From contig JBGAIN010000034.1 of NCBI GenBank assembly GCA_044225505.1, positions 1 to 58,196 of the forward strand: DNA of 58,196 nucleotides. The letters are read 5' to 3'. Position numbers and translations under genes: made by a program. Positions 50,601-58,196 of this stretch are shown piece after piece. The notes beneath the pieces were generated by a model. The model was given only the letters and a program-made list of their open reading frames with translations, made no database searches and had not been told where the DNA came from. Position 1 is the stretch's first letter. Each line of letters begins with the position of its first letter. This DNA is from Limisphaerales bacterium. GTDB taxonomy: Bacteria; Verrucomicrobiota; Verrucomicrobiia; Limisphaerales; SIBE01.

Positions 50601-51221
50601 GAGATTCCACGGCTTGGGCTGCGTGTCGCTGCCCGTAAACACACGTCCCGTGGCGGCGTCGGAACCGTACACCGTGCCGTCCCGCATAAGTTCGAATAAC
50701 CGCCCGTCGACCAGCGTGAGCGCTTCGCCACCGCCCATCCACGGATCCGCTTGGTTGCGGTCGTTTACCCAACTGGTGCGCCCATTGAGGTCGGTCTTGA
50801 CGCCCCAGTGGGCGCCTTCATTGACCGAGCCTTGGCGATAGAGTCCGGTGGCATCGATCGCAGCGGCGTTGGGCGGTTGGTGATTGCCGGTGGCCCTTTC
50901 CCAAGCCGGTTCGACGTTTTGACCGACCTGGGTGATGAACTCGGATCGGAGCCCTTCAGTGGCGATAAGGTTCCAACGGTAATCTCCCGCTGGTAGCGGG
51001 GTTCCGTAGCGATCGAGACCATCCCAAATCGTTGTGTGCTGGCCTTTGGCCAGGGGTTTGCCTGCCAAAAGCGTCCGGACCATGCGACCTTCGCCATCGT
51101 AAAGTGCGAGAGAGACGCGGCCGTCATCCGGAACGGTAAAGGGAATGGTGACTTCGGCGTGGAGCGTGGCACTGGTCACCATCAAGGTGAAGACAAAGCT
51201 GATTGTTGCAGGTTTGAGCAT
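47601..51221 (-). CDS. Large secreted protein: FlgD-type Ig domain, beta-propeller repeats, PA14, LamG/ConA-like domain
   Basis: Signal peptide from ATG 51221; VSLALYD.EGRMVRTL...WDGLD..G.PLPAGDY; GTGLKGEYFN...FSCRWTG; FDFEE...YTIAFWFKT..NDGQWH..LYVD..IDE. Confidence 0.85.
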   Translation of the reverse strand: MLKPATISFVFTLMVTSATLHAEVTIPFTVPDDGRVSLALYDGEGRMVRTLLAGKPLAKGQHTTIWDGLDRYGTPLPAGDYRWNLIATEGLRSEFITQVGQNVEPAWERATGNHQPPNAAAIDATGLYRQGSVNEGAHWGVKTDLNGRTSWVNDRNQADPWMGGGEALTLVDGRLFELMRDGTVYGSDAATGRVFTGSDTQPKPWNLRWESFVAPAGTRDEERRKHYMEERPQDLCGDPVNGLLVAAYPQHDALAWFSARDGNLVDTVKGISKPLGIAVAPDGSVRVISQGALLALSRQDKNPRVVIAADRLESPWRVAVSAKTGDIFVAENSDLARGKAEAPVPDVADGKTPDLAAGVKLTPGSIGRHHQVLRFTADGHFVQAFGRAEGRGDGVYVPTDFRGLTDIEADAEGGFIVTEGNHTPPRRTARFNGKGELRREWYGAQHYGIIACPEPGDPKFVWTRANADIPALLRWEVDYQAKTCRLVEIYQDSLASNRLFRNNSTHGSAVPTVFQSQGRVYIYNGAMGSLTLHVYDPITKRVRPSNASSGAGGHAIIWNDLNDDGQVSDEEIMQLNRNVVGGYVDPDDLSIRTTPFGTAYQAGHQLRPARITVGGTPVYDWSLANKVEPWKENGRTYHPLDFRHAADGSWFGTISESLANPFEGTENHGAWYYNSCSGIDRLVKWSGSGKPLWSVGKHSSDDDHELGTTAMPRGLVGYTHGCVIWSDASDEEIARPTVWTEDGLFVDELLRVPIDNLPKLKHGEDNTNEYPTGHLYTDPQTGETFFYALNSGGGAPIYRITGWDRWHRSSGMVKLAAPAVQVAKRDGTGLKGEYFNSPDCTGEPVLSRTDKLVFFYWFRGKEGLPKGLDQRSFSCRWTGQVEAPTSERYRFVFESYAPWRGEGWGTPGHPRWLKLWIAGNLVLDTAAHLYEETTFGLPQHQGIYAEVPLQAGERYDLRLECGFATNAVARLCWESPGLDRQAIPSDLLHPESGPKKMLELAPHPRPDLLAHFDFEETQSVLCRSRAGGDVFGRLTGRARRVPGKIGQAIELEANGDFQPALFPVDEELRLPDSNYTIAFWFKTTAENLRLCEARRYSSYNNRWSDHVVSVQNGRVRFQLQGDAALESSARFNDGQWHCLVTTVEPGGQRLYVDSQLQGTGKLAKRLKASNRLGLDLGPGGGLGHVAIDEAKVFGRDLTENEIAQLR

Positions 51222-51529
51222 GGGCGCTGAGAGATGGAGTTCTACTGCACTGTCGTTCGAGGCGACTTCGGAATTTCGCAGGGTGCCAGCTGACCAAAGG
51301 TCAGCGACGTCTTTGAGCAAGTGGTCTGGGACTCACACCAGCGACACTTCCAATCTTGTCGCAGAATTCCTGCACTCGGAAATGCTTCATCTGGAGCGCG
51401 ACTGTGTCGAAGGACCAGTCGCAGCACTGGCCGGCTCCGAAAATCTATCCATAATGGGTGCGACTGGTCCTTTCGGACACCGTCGCGCTCCGAACTGTCG
51501 TCGTGCTAATTGTCGTTTCATGTTATAAC

Positions 51530-51731
51530 ACCGCGACTCGTCCCGATGAAAACCGAGCAACTGCAGCCTGGCAACACCCAAAGCCCAGCCAAGGAATGGC
51601 CGTTGTCCGTCGTACTCTTCGAACCGCCGTAGCAGAACGTGCGCAATCTCCTGCAGCAGATCGTTGGCGGAAATCGGGTCACGAATCAGGGTGCGCACGT
51701 AGCGCTCGACGGCCCGTTGGACGTCCACCCA
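51530..51731 (-). pseudogene. ECF sigma-70 factor fragment (region 2), 5'-truncated by element A2
   Basis: WVDVQRAVERYVRTLIRD..ANDLLQE..L.RRFEEYD.QRPFLGWALGVAR; no start codon and no region 4. Confidence 0.8.
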
Positions 51732-52025
51732 GTCCCGAAGATACGCATGTTCGATGTTCAGCCAAAGTGCCTCACGATGGCTTGAGCCACTCCCGGACAC
51801 AGCCGGCAGCGTAGCCAGCTGTGTCCATCATCAAGAAGCGGCGATTCATGCCCAGGGCCTGTAATCAAGCCCTTGTCAAGTATCGGTTCCCGCTCCCGTC
51901 CACCGGCAATGCTTGATATCGTCCGCTGAGGATACTGCACCCCCAGTTTCCACGCCATTCCAAGGACCTGCCGCTGCCTCGACTCAAGCGTCAACATCTA
52001 GATTGCATTCTGCGGGCCTGCCCCC
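51730..52025 (-). mobile_element. RAYT-derived miniature element, family A, copy 2 (outermost GGGGT missing)
   Basis: Collinear with A1 and A3; reads MAWKLGVQYP at its RAYT start; followed by a duplicated CCCTTCGCA. Confidence 0.85.
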
Positions 52026-52169
52026 TTCGCAGATCCCTTCGCAAGTCCACACTCGGCGTGCGCGAATAACGAAATTGCAGGAAAATTTCGGTCGAGTAGT
52101 CTTGCCGGACCAACCCAAGCCGCTCCCTTGACGAGACTGGGTGGTTCGGTGCGCAACGACCTAACATTC

Positions 52170-53708
52170 ATGATTCGAACATCGATCTTCTTGATAGTCG
52201 CGGTTTGGTTTGGTGGGGCTGCCATTCCTCAGCGCGCTGTCTCGGCGGACACGGCCAAGGTAAATGAAGCTCAGAGGCGCCCGGCGATTTCAGCGCCACG
52301 CCAGGCCAATCGCTTTGCTGCCCCCGGGAAGGAACGTCCCAACTTCCTTTTTCTCTTGTCCGATGACCAAACCTTCCGAGCGCTGGGGTCAATCGGCCAA
52401 TTGGAAGTGAAGACTCCAAACCTCGATCGGTTGGCCGGCCGCGGACTCCTTTTCACGCATTGCTTCAACCAGGGCGGTTGGAGCGGGGCGGTTTGCATAC
52501 CGAGCCGCACGATGCTGAATACCGGCCGCACTCTGTGGCAGTCGTGTGCAACCAACTATCAAGGGGTCGCGCCGGGTGCGGCGCTCTGGGGCGAGACGCT
52601 TGGGCGAGCCGGTTACGATACGTTTCTAGCCGGCAAATGGCATTTGCCCGAGGCGGCCTTGGCGCGCAGCTTCAAAACGATCGGGCCGCTTACCGGCGGC
52701 TTTTTGCCGTCCACCACGAATGGGGGCCCGGCCTACTTCCGGCCGGCGCCGGGTAATCCGTGGCGGCCGGACGATCCGAAGTGGCAGGGCCATTGGATCA
52801 GTTCGCATGGTCAGACTCTTCACAGCAGCACGCTCATCGCGAATGCGGCCATCGACTACTTGCAGACGAATGCCGCCGCGAATCTGAACCCGTTTTTCAT
52901 GTATGTAGCGTTCAACGCACCGCACGACCCCAGACAGGCGCCCGCAGACTTCCTCAAGTTGTATCCGCCCGCTGAGTTGCGTGTCCCTCCCAATTTTGTC
53001 GCCCAACACCCGTTCCTGATCGAGACTGGTTTCGGCGGCCGTGATGAGATTCTTGCTCCCTACCCGCGCACGGCCGAGGTGGTGCGTGTTCACTTGCAGG
53101 AGTACTACGCGATTATCACCCATCTGGATCGTGAGATCGGAAGAGTGTTGGACGCTTTGATCGCCAGCGGAAAGTCTGATAACACCATCGTCATCTTCAC
53201 TTCGGACCAGGGACTGGCCGTTGGGCAGCACGGGTTGATGGGCAAGCAAAATCTTTATGAGCATTCGTTGCGCATGCCATTTGTTTTGGCGGGGCCGGGA
53301 ATTCCCAAAGGCCGGCAAAACCACGCTTTGTTTTATATGCAAAGCCTGTTTGCGACGACCTGCGAGATGGCCGGCGTGCCGATTCCCGCCACCGTGGAGT
53401 TTCCCAGTTTGGTGCCGCTCATCACCGGTGCCAAGCGCCAGTTGTACGAGGCGCTTTACGGCGCCTTTCTCGACCGCCAGCGGTCCGTGCGAACGGAGCG
53501 GTGGCACCTCATCCGAACTCCGTCGGCGGACACGGTTCAACTATTTCGCGTCGATCGCGATCCTTGGGAAATCAACAACCTCGCTGCGCATCCGCGCTAC
53601 TCCAGAGTCGTACAGCGGCTGGGGAAGCGTTTGGACGAACTGATGCTCGGGATGAAGGATCCTTTGGCGCGCGCTGCATCGGAGCGGCAGACCGGCCGTG
53701 CTCATTAA
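52170..53708 (+). CDS. Secreted Cys-type sulfatase
   Basis: Signal peptide, PNFLFLLSDD, TPNLDRLA, formylglycine motif CIPSR..LNTG, GKWH, APHDP, SDQG, GKQN. Confidence 0.93.
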   Translation: MIRTSIFLIVAVWFGGAAIPQRAVSADTAKVNEAQRRPAISAPRQANRFAAPGKERPNFLFLLSDDQTFRALGSIGQLEVKTPNLDRLAGRGLLFTHCFNQGGWSGAVCIPSRTMLNTGRTLWQSCATNYQGVAPGAALWGETLGRAGYDTFLAGKWHLPEAALARSFKTIGPLTGGFLPSTTNGGPAYFRPAPGNPWRPDDPKWQGHWISSHGQTLHSSTLIANAAIDYLQTNAAANLNPFFMYVAFNAPHDPRQAPADFLKLYPPAELRVPPNFVAQHPFLIETGFGGRDEILAPYPRTAEVVRVHLQEYYAIITHLDREIGRVLDALIASGKSDNTIVIFTSDQGLAVGQHGLMGKQNLYEHSLRMPFVLAGPGIPKGRQNHALFYMQSLFATTCEMAGVPIPATVEFPSLVPLITGAKRQLYEALYGAFLDRQRSVRTERWHLIRTPSADTVQLFRVDRDPWEINNLAAHPRYSRVVQRLGKRLDELMLGMKDPLARAASERQTGRAH

Positions 53709-54018
53709 GACGACAGTAGGGGGTCGTTTCGCAGACGAGCCGGGCTGGCAGGCCGTATCCCGCGAGATCCCGCCCCGCTGGGGCGACTTGAACGATTCGT
53801 CCCTGCAAGGTATTTAGAGTCACGAAATCGAACTGCATACCGACTTGGATCGATCCGGATGGTCCGGATTATGAGAGCGAACGCCACGCTCAAAACCCTT
53901 CCAAAAGGGAGCGAGAGTGGGAAGTCGCCATCCGTGAGCATATGGAGTTTGACCGCAGGCTCAGCCGCGAGCAGTCAGGTTGGTTTGAGCCGGACTAAAC
54001 ACCGACGTTCCTGGGAAC

Positions 54019-54320
54019 GGGGTCAGTCCCGAAGATACGCATGTTCGATGTTCAGCCAAAGTGCCTCACGATGGCTTGAGCCACTCCCGGACACAGCCGG
54101 CAGCGTAGCCAGCTGTGTCCATCATCACGAAGCGGCGATTCATGGCCAGGGCCTGTCATCACAAGCCATTCTCAAGTATCGGTTCCCGCTCCCGTCCACC
54201 GGCGACGCTTTAGATCGTCCGCTGAGGATACTGCCCTCCAGTTTCCACGCCATTCCAAGGACCTGCCGCTGCCTCGCCTCAAGCGTCAACATCTATATTG
54301 CATTCTGCGGGCCTGACCCC
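54019..54320 (-). mobile_element. RAYT-derived miniature element, family A, copy 3
   Basis: GGGGTCAGTCCCGAAGATACGCA ... TGCATTCTGCGGGCCTGACCCC; collinear with A1 and A2. Confidence 0.87.
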
Positions 54321-54399
54321 TTCGAAGATTCGCACTCCCTGAAAACCCCGCGTTCCCCTCGTCTTCGTGTAAAAAAAGACCAGTCAATCCCCAAAGCAG

Positions 54400-56166
54400 C
54401 TACTTGTTGAACCCCTTGTGGTTCATGAACTCCCAGATGCGCCCCATCCAAGTGTAGCTGCCGGTCCCGGGGGCGGCCTTGTTCTGGAAGCAGTGCGGGC
54501 GGGTGGCCAGCGTGTGCAGATCGGACTGGATGCCCATGCGGCGGAGCTGTTCCCAGCACTTCACCGAATTCATCGCTGCCCAGCCGTCTGCGTCGCCGTG
54601 GATGAACAGAATTGGGCACGTCGCGAGGTCGAACGAGAACTCGGGGACGAGCCGCGCGTCGTCCTCGTTGCCGCCCTGGGCGTTTTCTTTATCCGCGCCG
54701 TCCGTGAGCGCGTACGCGGGATAGATCGCGACCGCCCACTGCACGCTGCAGGAGAGCTTGTCGAGATCGTCGATCGGCCAATAGGAATGGCGTTTCGAGC
54801 TGGTCGCGCCCATGAGCGTCAGGTGCCCGCCGGCCGAGGAGCCCATGATACCGATGCGGTCGGGATCAAGCCCCTTGGCCGCGGCCTGGCTGCGGACGAT
54901 CCGCACGGCACGCTGCAGGTCCTGCCACGCGGTCGTGTGCTTGGCCAGTCCGCCCAGCGGACGCGGCGTGCGGTATTTCAGCGTCACGACCGTCATGCCC
55001 TTCTCGTTCAGGTAACGCCGCGTCGGCGCGACTTCGAAGCCCTCCGGGCTGTTGCCACCGTAAGCACCGCCGGAGTAAATGATCTGGATCGCCTTGGTCT
55101 TGCGCTCCTTGGGCATGTGCCACTCGAGATAAGGCACGCACTGATTCGTCTGCGCGTCCGGCATCCGGCCTTCCGGCCAGACCGGCTCCTTGAGAGTCTC
55201 GCCGCGCGCGTCGTCGTTCGGATAGCGGGCCATCAAATCCTCTTCCGCGCCGAGACGCCCGTCGAAATTCATCTGGCGGAGGTACTCGGCGATGCGGTCG
55301 AACCAATGGTCGTAGGCGGCGCCGTCCTCGCCTTTATTCGCGTTGCCCATGAAGCCGTGGGGACGATCCGCGAAGAGGTGGAGCTCGGCCGGAATCTTCA
55401 TCCTGCGGAGCTGGCGGTAGATCTGCGTGGAACCGTTCGGCGAATAGGCGTCCATCCCGCCGTGGAAGAGCGCCATGGAACACGTCTTCGCGTCGAACTG
55501 AAACACGTCCGAGAGCCGAACGTCGATCGCTTCGCCCTCGCGCGTATTGGGGGCGGTGAGTCCGTCCGTGAGCGCGTAGGCGGTGTAGATCGGCACCGCC
55601 CAGTCGACGTGGCACGGAAGCCCGTCGATCGCGTCGATTGGCCCGTACGCCGACGTGAGGGCGCTCGTGGCGAGCAGGACCGTCAAGTGCGACCCCGCCG
55701 AAAAACCCAACGCGCCGATTTTCTCCGGATCGAAGCCGCGCTTCTGCGCTTCGCTACGGACGAGGCGGACGGCGCGCTGTCCGTCCTGCCAGGCGCTCCG
55801 GTAGATCGGTAAGCCTTGCGGACGCGGCGTGCGGTAGGTGAGGCTCACGCAGACAAATCCGAGTTCCGTGAACTTCTTCGCCACCCAGTCAATCCACACG
55901 CCGTCGCAGCAACTCTGATATCCGCCACCAGAAATGAGCAGCATGCAGGCGCCGTTTTTTTCTGCTGGCGCCTCGTACCAGTTGAGATACGGCATCACGT
56001 GTTCCGCCGCTTTGAATCCCGGGGCATTCGCTTCCTCGGTGGTCGCCGCGATCTGCTGGGACTGGAAATCGGGAATCTTCCCCTCCGGCCACAGCGCGGC
56101 CCGTTCTCCGGCGGACGCCAGAACGGTTAATCCTAAACCAAAACAAAGAATCACCATGTTTCTCAT
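54400..56166 (-). CDS. Secreted tandem alpha/beta hydrolase with two esterase domains
   Basis: Two homologous halves (WPEG.., GG.Y, YRTPRP, AWQD.QRAVR.VRS), nucleophiles GFSAGSH and GSSAGGH, HG..D, RPH.F. Confidence 0.9.
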   Translation of the reverse strand: MRNMVILCFGLGLTVLASAGERAALWPEGKIPDFQSQQIAATTEEANAPGFKAAEHVMPYLNWYEAPAEKNGACMLLISGGGYQSCCDGVWIDWVAKKFTELGFVCVSLTYRTPRPQGLPIYRSAWQDGQRAVRLVRSEAQKRGFDPEKIGALGFSAGSHLTVLLATSALTSAYGPIDAIDGLPCHVDWAVPIYTAYALTDGLTAPNTREGEAIDVRLSDVFQFDAKTCSMALFHGGMDAYSPNGSTQIYRQLRRMKIPAELHLFADRPHGFMGNANKGEDGAAYDHWFDRIAEYLRQMNFDGRLGAEEDLMARYPNDDARGETLKEPVWPEGRMPDAQTNQCVPYLEWHMPKERKTKAIQIIYSGGAYGGNSPEGFEVAPTRRYLNEKGMTVVTLKYRTPRPLGGLAKHTTAWQDLQRAVRIVRSQAAAKGLDPDRIGIMGSSAGGHLTLMGATSSKRHSYWPIDDLDKLSCSVQWAVAIYPAYALTDGADKENAQGGNEDDARLVPEFSFDLATCPILFIHGDADGWAAMNSVKCWEQLRRMGIQSDLHTLATRPHCFQNKAAPGTGSYTWMGRIWEFMNHKGFNK

Positions 56167-56269
56167 CGCATCGTTTCCTTCCCTTTTCGTTGAGTGTCAC
56201 TGCGTTTCGATCTTTGGCTGCGCAGCCAGACCTGCGCCTCCGGGCTTTTCTCTCAAGCCGACGCCATGA

Positions 56270-56575
56270 TCTCCCAGGCGATCACGGCCTCCTCGATACC
56301 CACGCTGCAAAATCGGGTATCCGCTTCGGCCTATCAGTCCAATGGTTCTCCGGCCCGGGGGGCCCAGGCAGATGCGAAACCCGTCGCGGGAATCGCGGAG
56401 TAGCCGGCTGCTGATCCCGAAGCGAACAGCAGAGCCTGCGTTGCCCGGGCCACCTCGTCCGCGTTGGCAAAACGCAAACCCGCAAGCCTCAGATGGGCGT
56501 GGTACAACGTGGTCTTTTCGGCGCCGCTGGGGCCAGCCACAGCAACCAGGATAGGCCGCCGATCCAGGATGGGGC
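56270..56575 (-). pseudogene. Zeta-toxin-like P-loop ATPase, degenerate
   Basis: LDRRPILVAVAGPSGAEKTTLYHAHL..GLRFANADEVAR, then scrambled with an early stop; Walker A has EKT instead of GKT. Confidence 0.7.
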
Positions 56576-56632
56576 CCCACGTGGAGAGCGGGACTCCTTC
56601 ACCGCCTGGCGCTTGACACTTGGCGGGACGTT

Positions 56633-57007
56633 TCACTTCTTGGCCGCTCGAATCGGTTGGAACCTGCGATTGACAAACCGTCCCGTCGTCCGCTTGCCAT
56701 TCGCTTCGATTCTCAACAGCAAACCACCAGGGGCTGACTCGTAGTGCGGGTAAGGCAACGAGTTGAGATACTCGGCTAAACGCTGGCGACCTTCAGGCAA
56801 GTCAACCGACTGAAGAGAAGCTGAAAGCGGCTTCACCATGGCCGATTTGGCCAGCGCCAAGAGTTGGTCGCCTCGCTGCACCGTTTCGACCGCTCGTCCA
56901 AGTCTGGCCCAGAACTCATTTTGTCCGGCAACGGATCGCTGCGTGGCCTCGCCCATCAAGCGGGCATCCAGAACCAGCGCGTCTGCGACTTTAACCGGTT
57001 GACTCAT
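56633..57007 (-). CDS. ParD-like (RHH) antitoxin
   Basis: MSQPVKVADALVLDAR......RSVAGQ.EFWARLGRAVE; lies directly upstream of the ATPase remnant. Confidence 0.8.
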   Translation of the reverse strand: MSQPVKVADALVLDARLMGEATQRSVAGQNEFWARLGRAVETVQRGDQLLALAKSAMVKPLSASLQSVDLPEGRQRLAEYLNSLPYPHYESAPGGLLLRIEANGKRTTGRFVNRRFQPIRAAKK

Positions 57008-57215
57008 ATCGAAACGGTAACGAAGCGCTACCCGTTGTCAAACAGCCGCCGACGCGGTGACGAGATCTCTCTGGCCATTCGAACCTGCGAGTCCGATGCA
57101 CTGAGACACTGGCCTATGATACGCGCCAGAACGTCTTGCCTTCAATTGCCGCCAAACACGAGGGCATGAGAAAATCAAAGGCGAGATCGAATCCACACTC
57201 GGACGCGAGATCGGA

Positions 57216-57542
57216 GGGGTCAGACCCGAATATCGCATATCTGTGCGAAAGCTTCTCACGATTGCTGGAGCAACTCACACACGCGCGCCGCTGCATGGTT
57301 TGCCGCGCTTCCGCTTGCCTTTCCACCTCGCGGCGTCCATCCCCACTGTCCATGAAGATTCTCATATCCCCAAAACCACTTCATGCCATTGACCACGATT
57401 CGTTCGGTCGATTCCCTCGAGCTCATCACGGGGGCAGATCGTTCCTGGATACGGCACCTCCGACTTCCCTGCCATTGCCAGCAACTGCCCCAGCTTCCCT
57501 CCGCACCTCAACGAACATCTTGCATTCTTCGGGTCCGACCCC
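57216..57542 (-). mobile_element. RAYT-derived element, family B, both ends present
   Basis: GGGGTCAGACCCGAATATCGCA ... TGCATTCTTCGGGTCCGACCCC; internal minus strand MAGKSEVPYPG..(P)VMS..GNR resembles a decayed RAYT N-terminus. Confidence 0.72.
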
Positions 57543-57547
57543 TTTTA

Positions 57548-57590
57548 CAAGCGTCAACATCTATATTGCATTCTGCGGCACTGACCCTTT
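57548..57590 (-). mobile_element. Isolated end of a family A element
   Basis: CAAGCGTCAACATCTATATTGCATTCTGCGGCACTGACCC matches the right end of A1-A3. Confidence 0.78.
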
Positions 57591-57821
57591 CGACGGCCCT
57601 GGCGGCTGGAGTGCAATGCTCAGAAATCGAGCTCCGGCAAGCCCGCCTGAGGTACCGGAGCACCCGGCACCTGAATTCACCCGGAACAACAAGCCGGTAC
57701 AATTGACGCTCTTTTGAGCAGCAGTAATCGGAAGCTGAACACCCGCCCGGAGGTTCAATGGACGGCAGCGGCGCGCGCTACTGGGTGGCGGGACAACAAA
57801 CAACAGCCTTGCGACGCCCCA

Positions 57822-58196
57822 TCAGTCGCCGTAAAGAGCCAATGCGGTTTGCTCGACCTGCTGAATGCAATCCCGGCGCTGGTCCCCTGCCATGACGCTT
57901 TCCCAGGGTCGGTCAGGGAATTCGTCATAGGTCCTACCGTCAAGCTCCCGTCCGGTCTTTTGCTTGCGCACTCCCCCCCACTGCTTGAAAAAGAACGGGA
58001 TCCCAGCAGCTTCGCACTGATCCCGGATTGACCGGACCCAGCTGATCTCGATGGGCCGCGCTCCCGGACCACTCTCGCCCCCGACAATCACCCAATCAAT
58101 GCCACCCAGATTGATTTTACCTAAATCCTCAATCAGAGGTTCAATTGACAAACAGCGGACGCCCGCGGGTGTTTCGCGCAAAGAGTCGATGCGGGG
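57822..58196 (-). CDS. DUF5131 (phage Gp37/Gp68-like) protein, 5' part outside the window
   Basis: [52 protein letters not shown]. Confidence 0.92.
   Translation of the reverse strand, partial: PRIDSLRETPAGVRCLSIEPLIEDLGKINLGGIDWVIVGGESGPGARPIEISWVRSIRDQCEAAGIPFFFKQWGGVRKQKTGRELDGRTYDEFPDRPWESVMAGDQRRDCIQQVEQTALALYGD

Noticed and set aside
43972..57590. Dispersed repeats considered as a CRISPR array or integron attC cassettes
   Set aside because: Units are ~300 bp and kilobases apart; no repeat-spacer periodicity, no cas or intI gene, no GTTRRRY core sites.
57822..58196. Prophage suggested by the Gp37/Gp68-like gene and the excisionase-like remnant
   Set aside because: No structural, terminase or integrase genes in the window; DUF5131 is common outside phages.

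Overview
GC-rich bacterial genomic window. Gene families suggest a PVC-superphylum organism, probably Verrucomicrobiota (inference). The left ~36 kb is mostly intact. It holds glgP, mfd, a MacAB-type ABC exporter and a nine-gene chemosensory cluster (RR-cheA-cheW-soluble MCP-cheR-cheB-cheY-cheC-PAS/GAF kinase). It also holds an NhaR-like LysR gene divergent from a Zn-peptidase/HPF operon, tRNA-Leu(TAG), a PVC-type haem protein, PadR + ADOP permease, a transglutaminase-like protein, a PQQ-like propeller, a DEAD-box helicase and tRNA-Pro(TGG). Right of tRNA-Pro the window is an accessory, decaying region. It contains TfoX, hydrolases, a 1742-aa exonuclease-RecQ-UvrD fusion, a sulfatase, a large secreted PA14/LamG protein, a ParD-like/zeta-toxin remnant, DUF5131 and many gene fragments. 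Strongest observations: (1) a ~300-bp inverted-repeat-bounded element in three copies plus relatives, which translates as a doubly deleted RAYT (Y1 HUH) transposase and abuts truncated genes; (2) an exactly 11-bp-phased direct/inverted repeat array upstream of an uncharacterised protein with an 'LRGRIGDLVF' N-terminus; (3) the dual-motor helicase fusion; (4) a sensor-less, very long cytoplasmic chemoreceptor in a Che cluster bracketed by a kinase/RR pair. All calls come from reading motifs by eye; no database searches were run.
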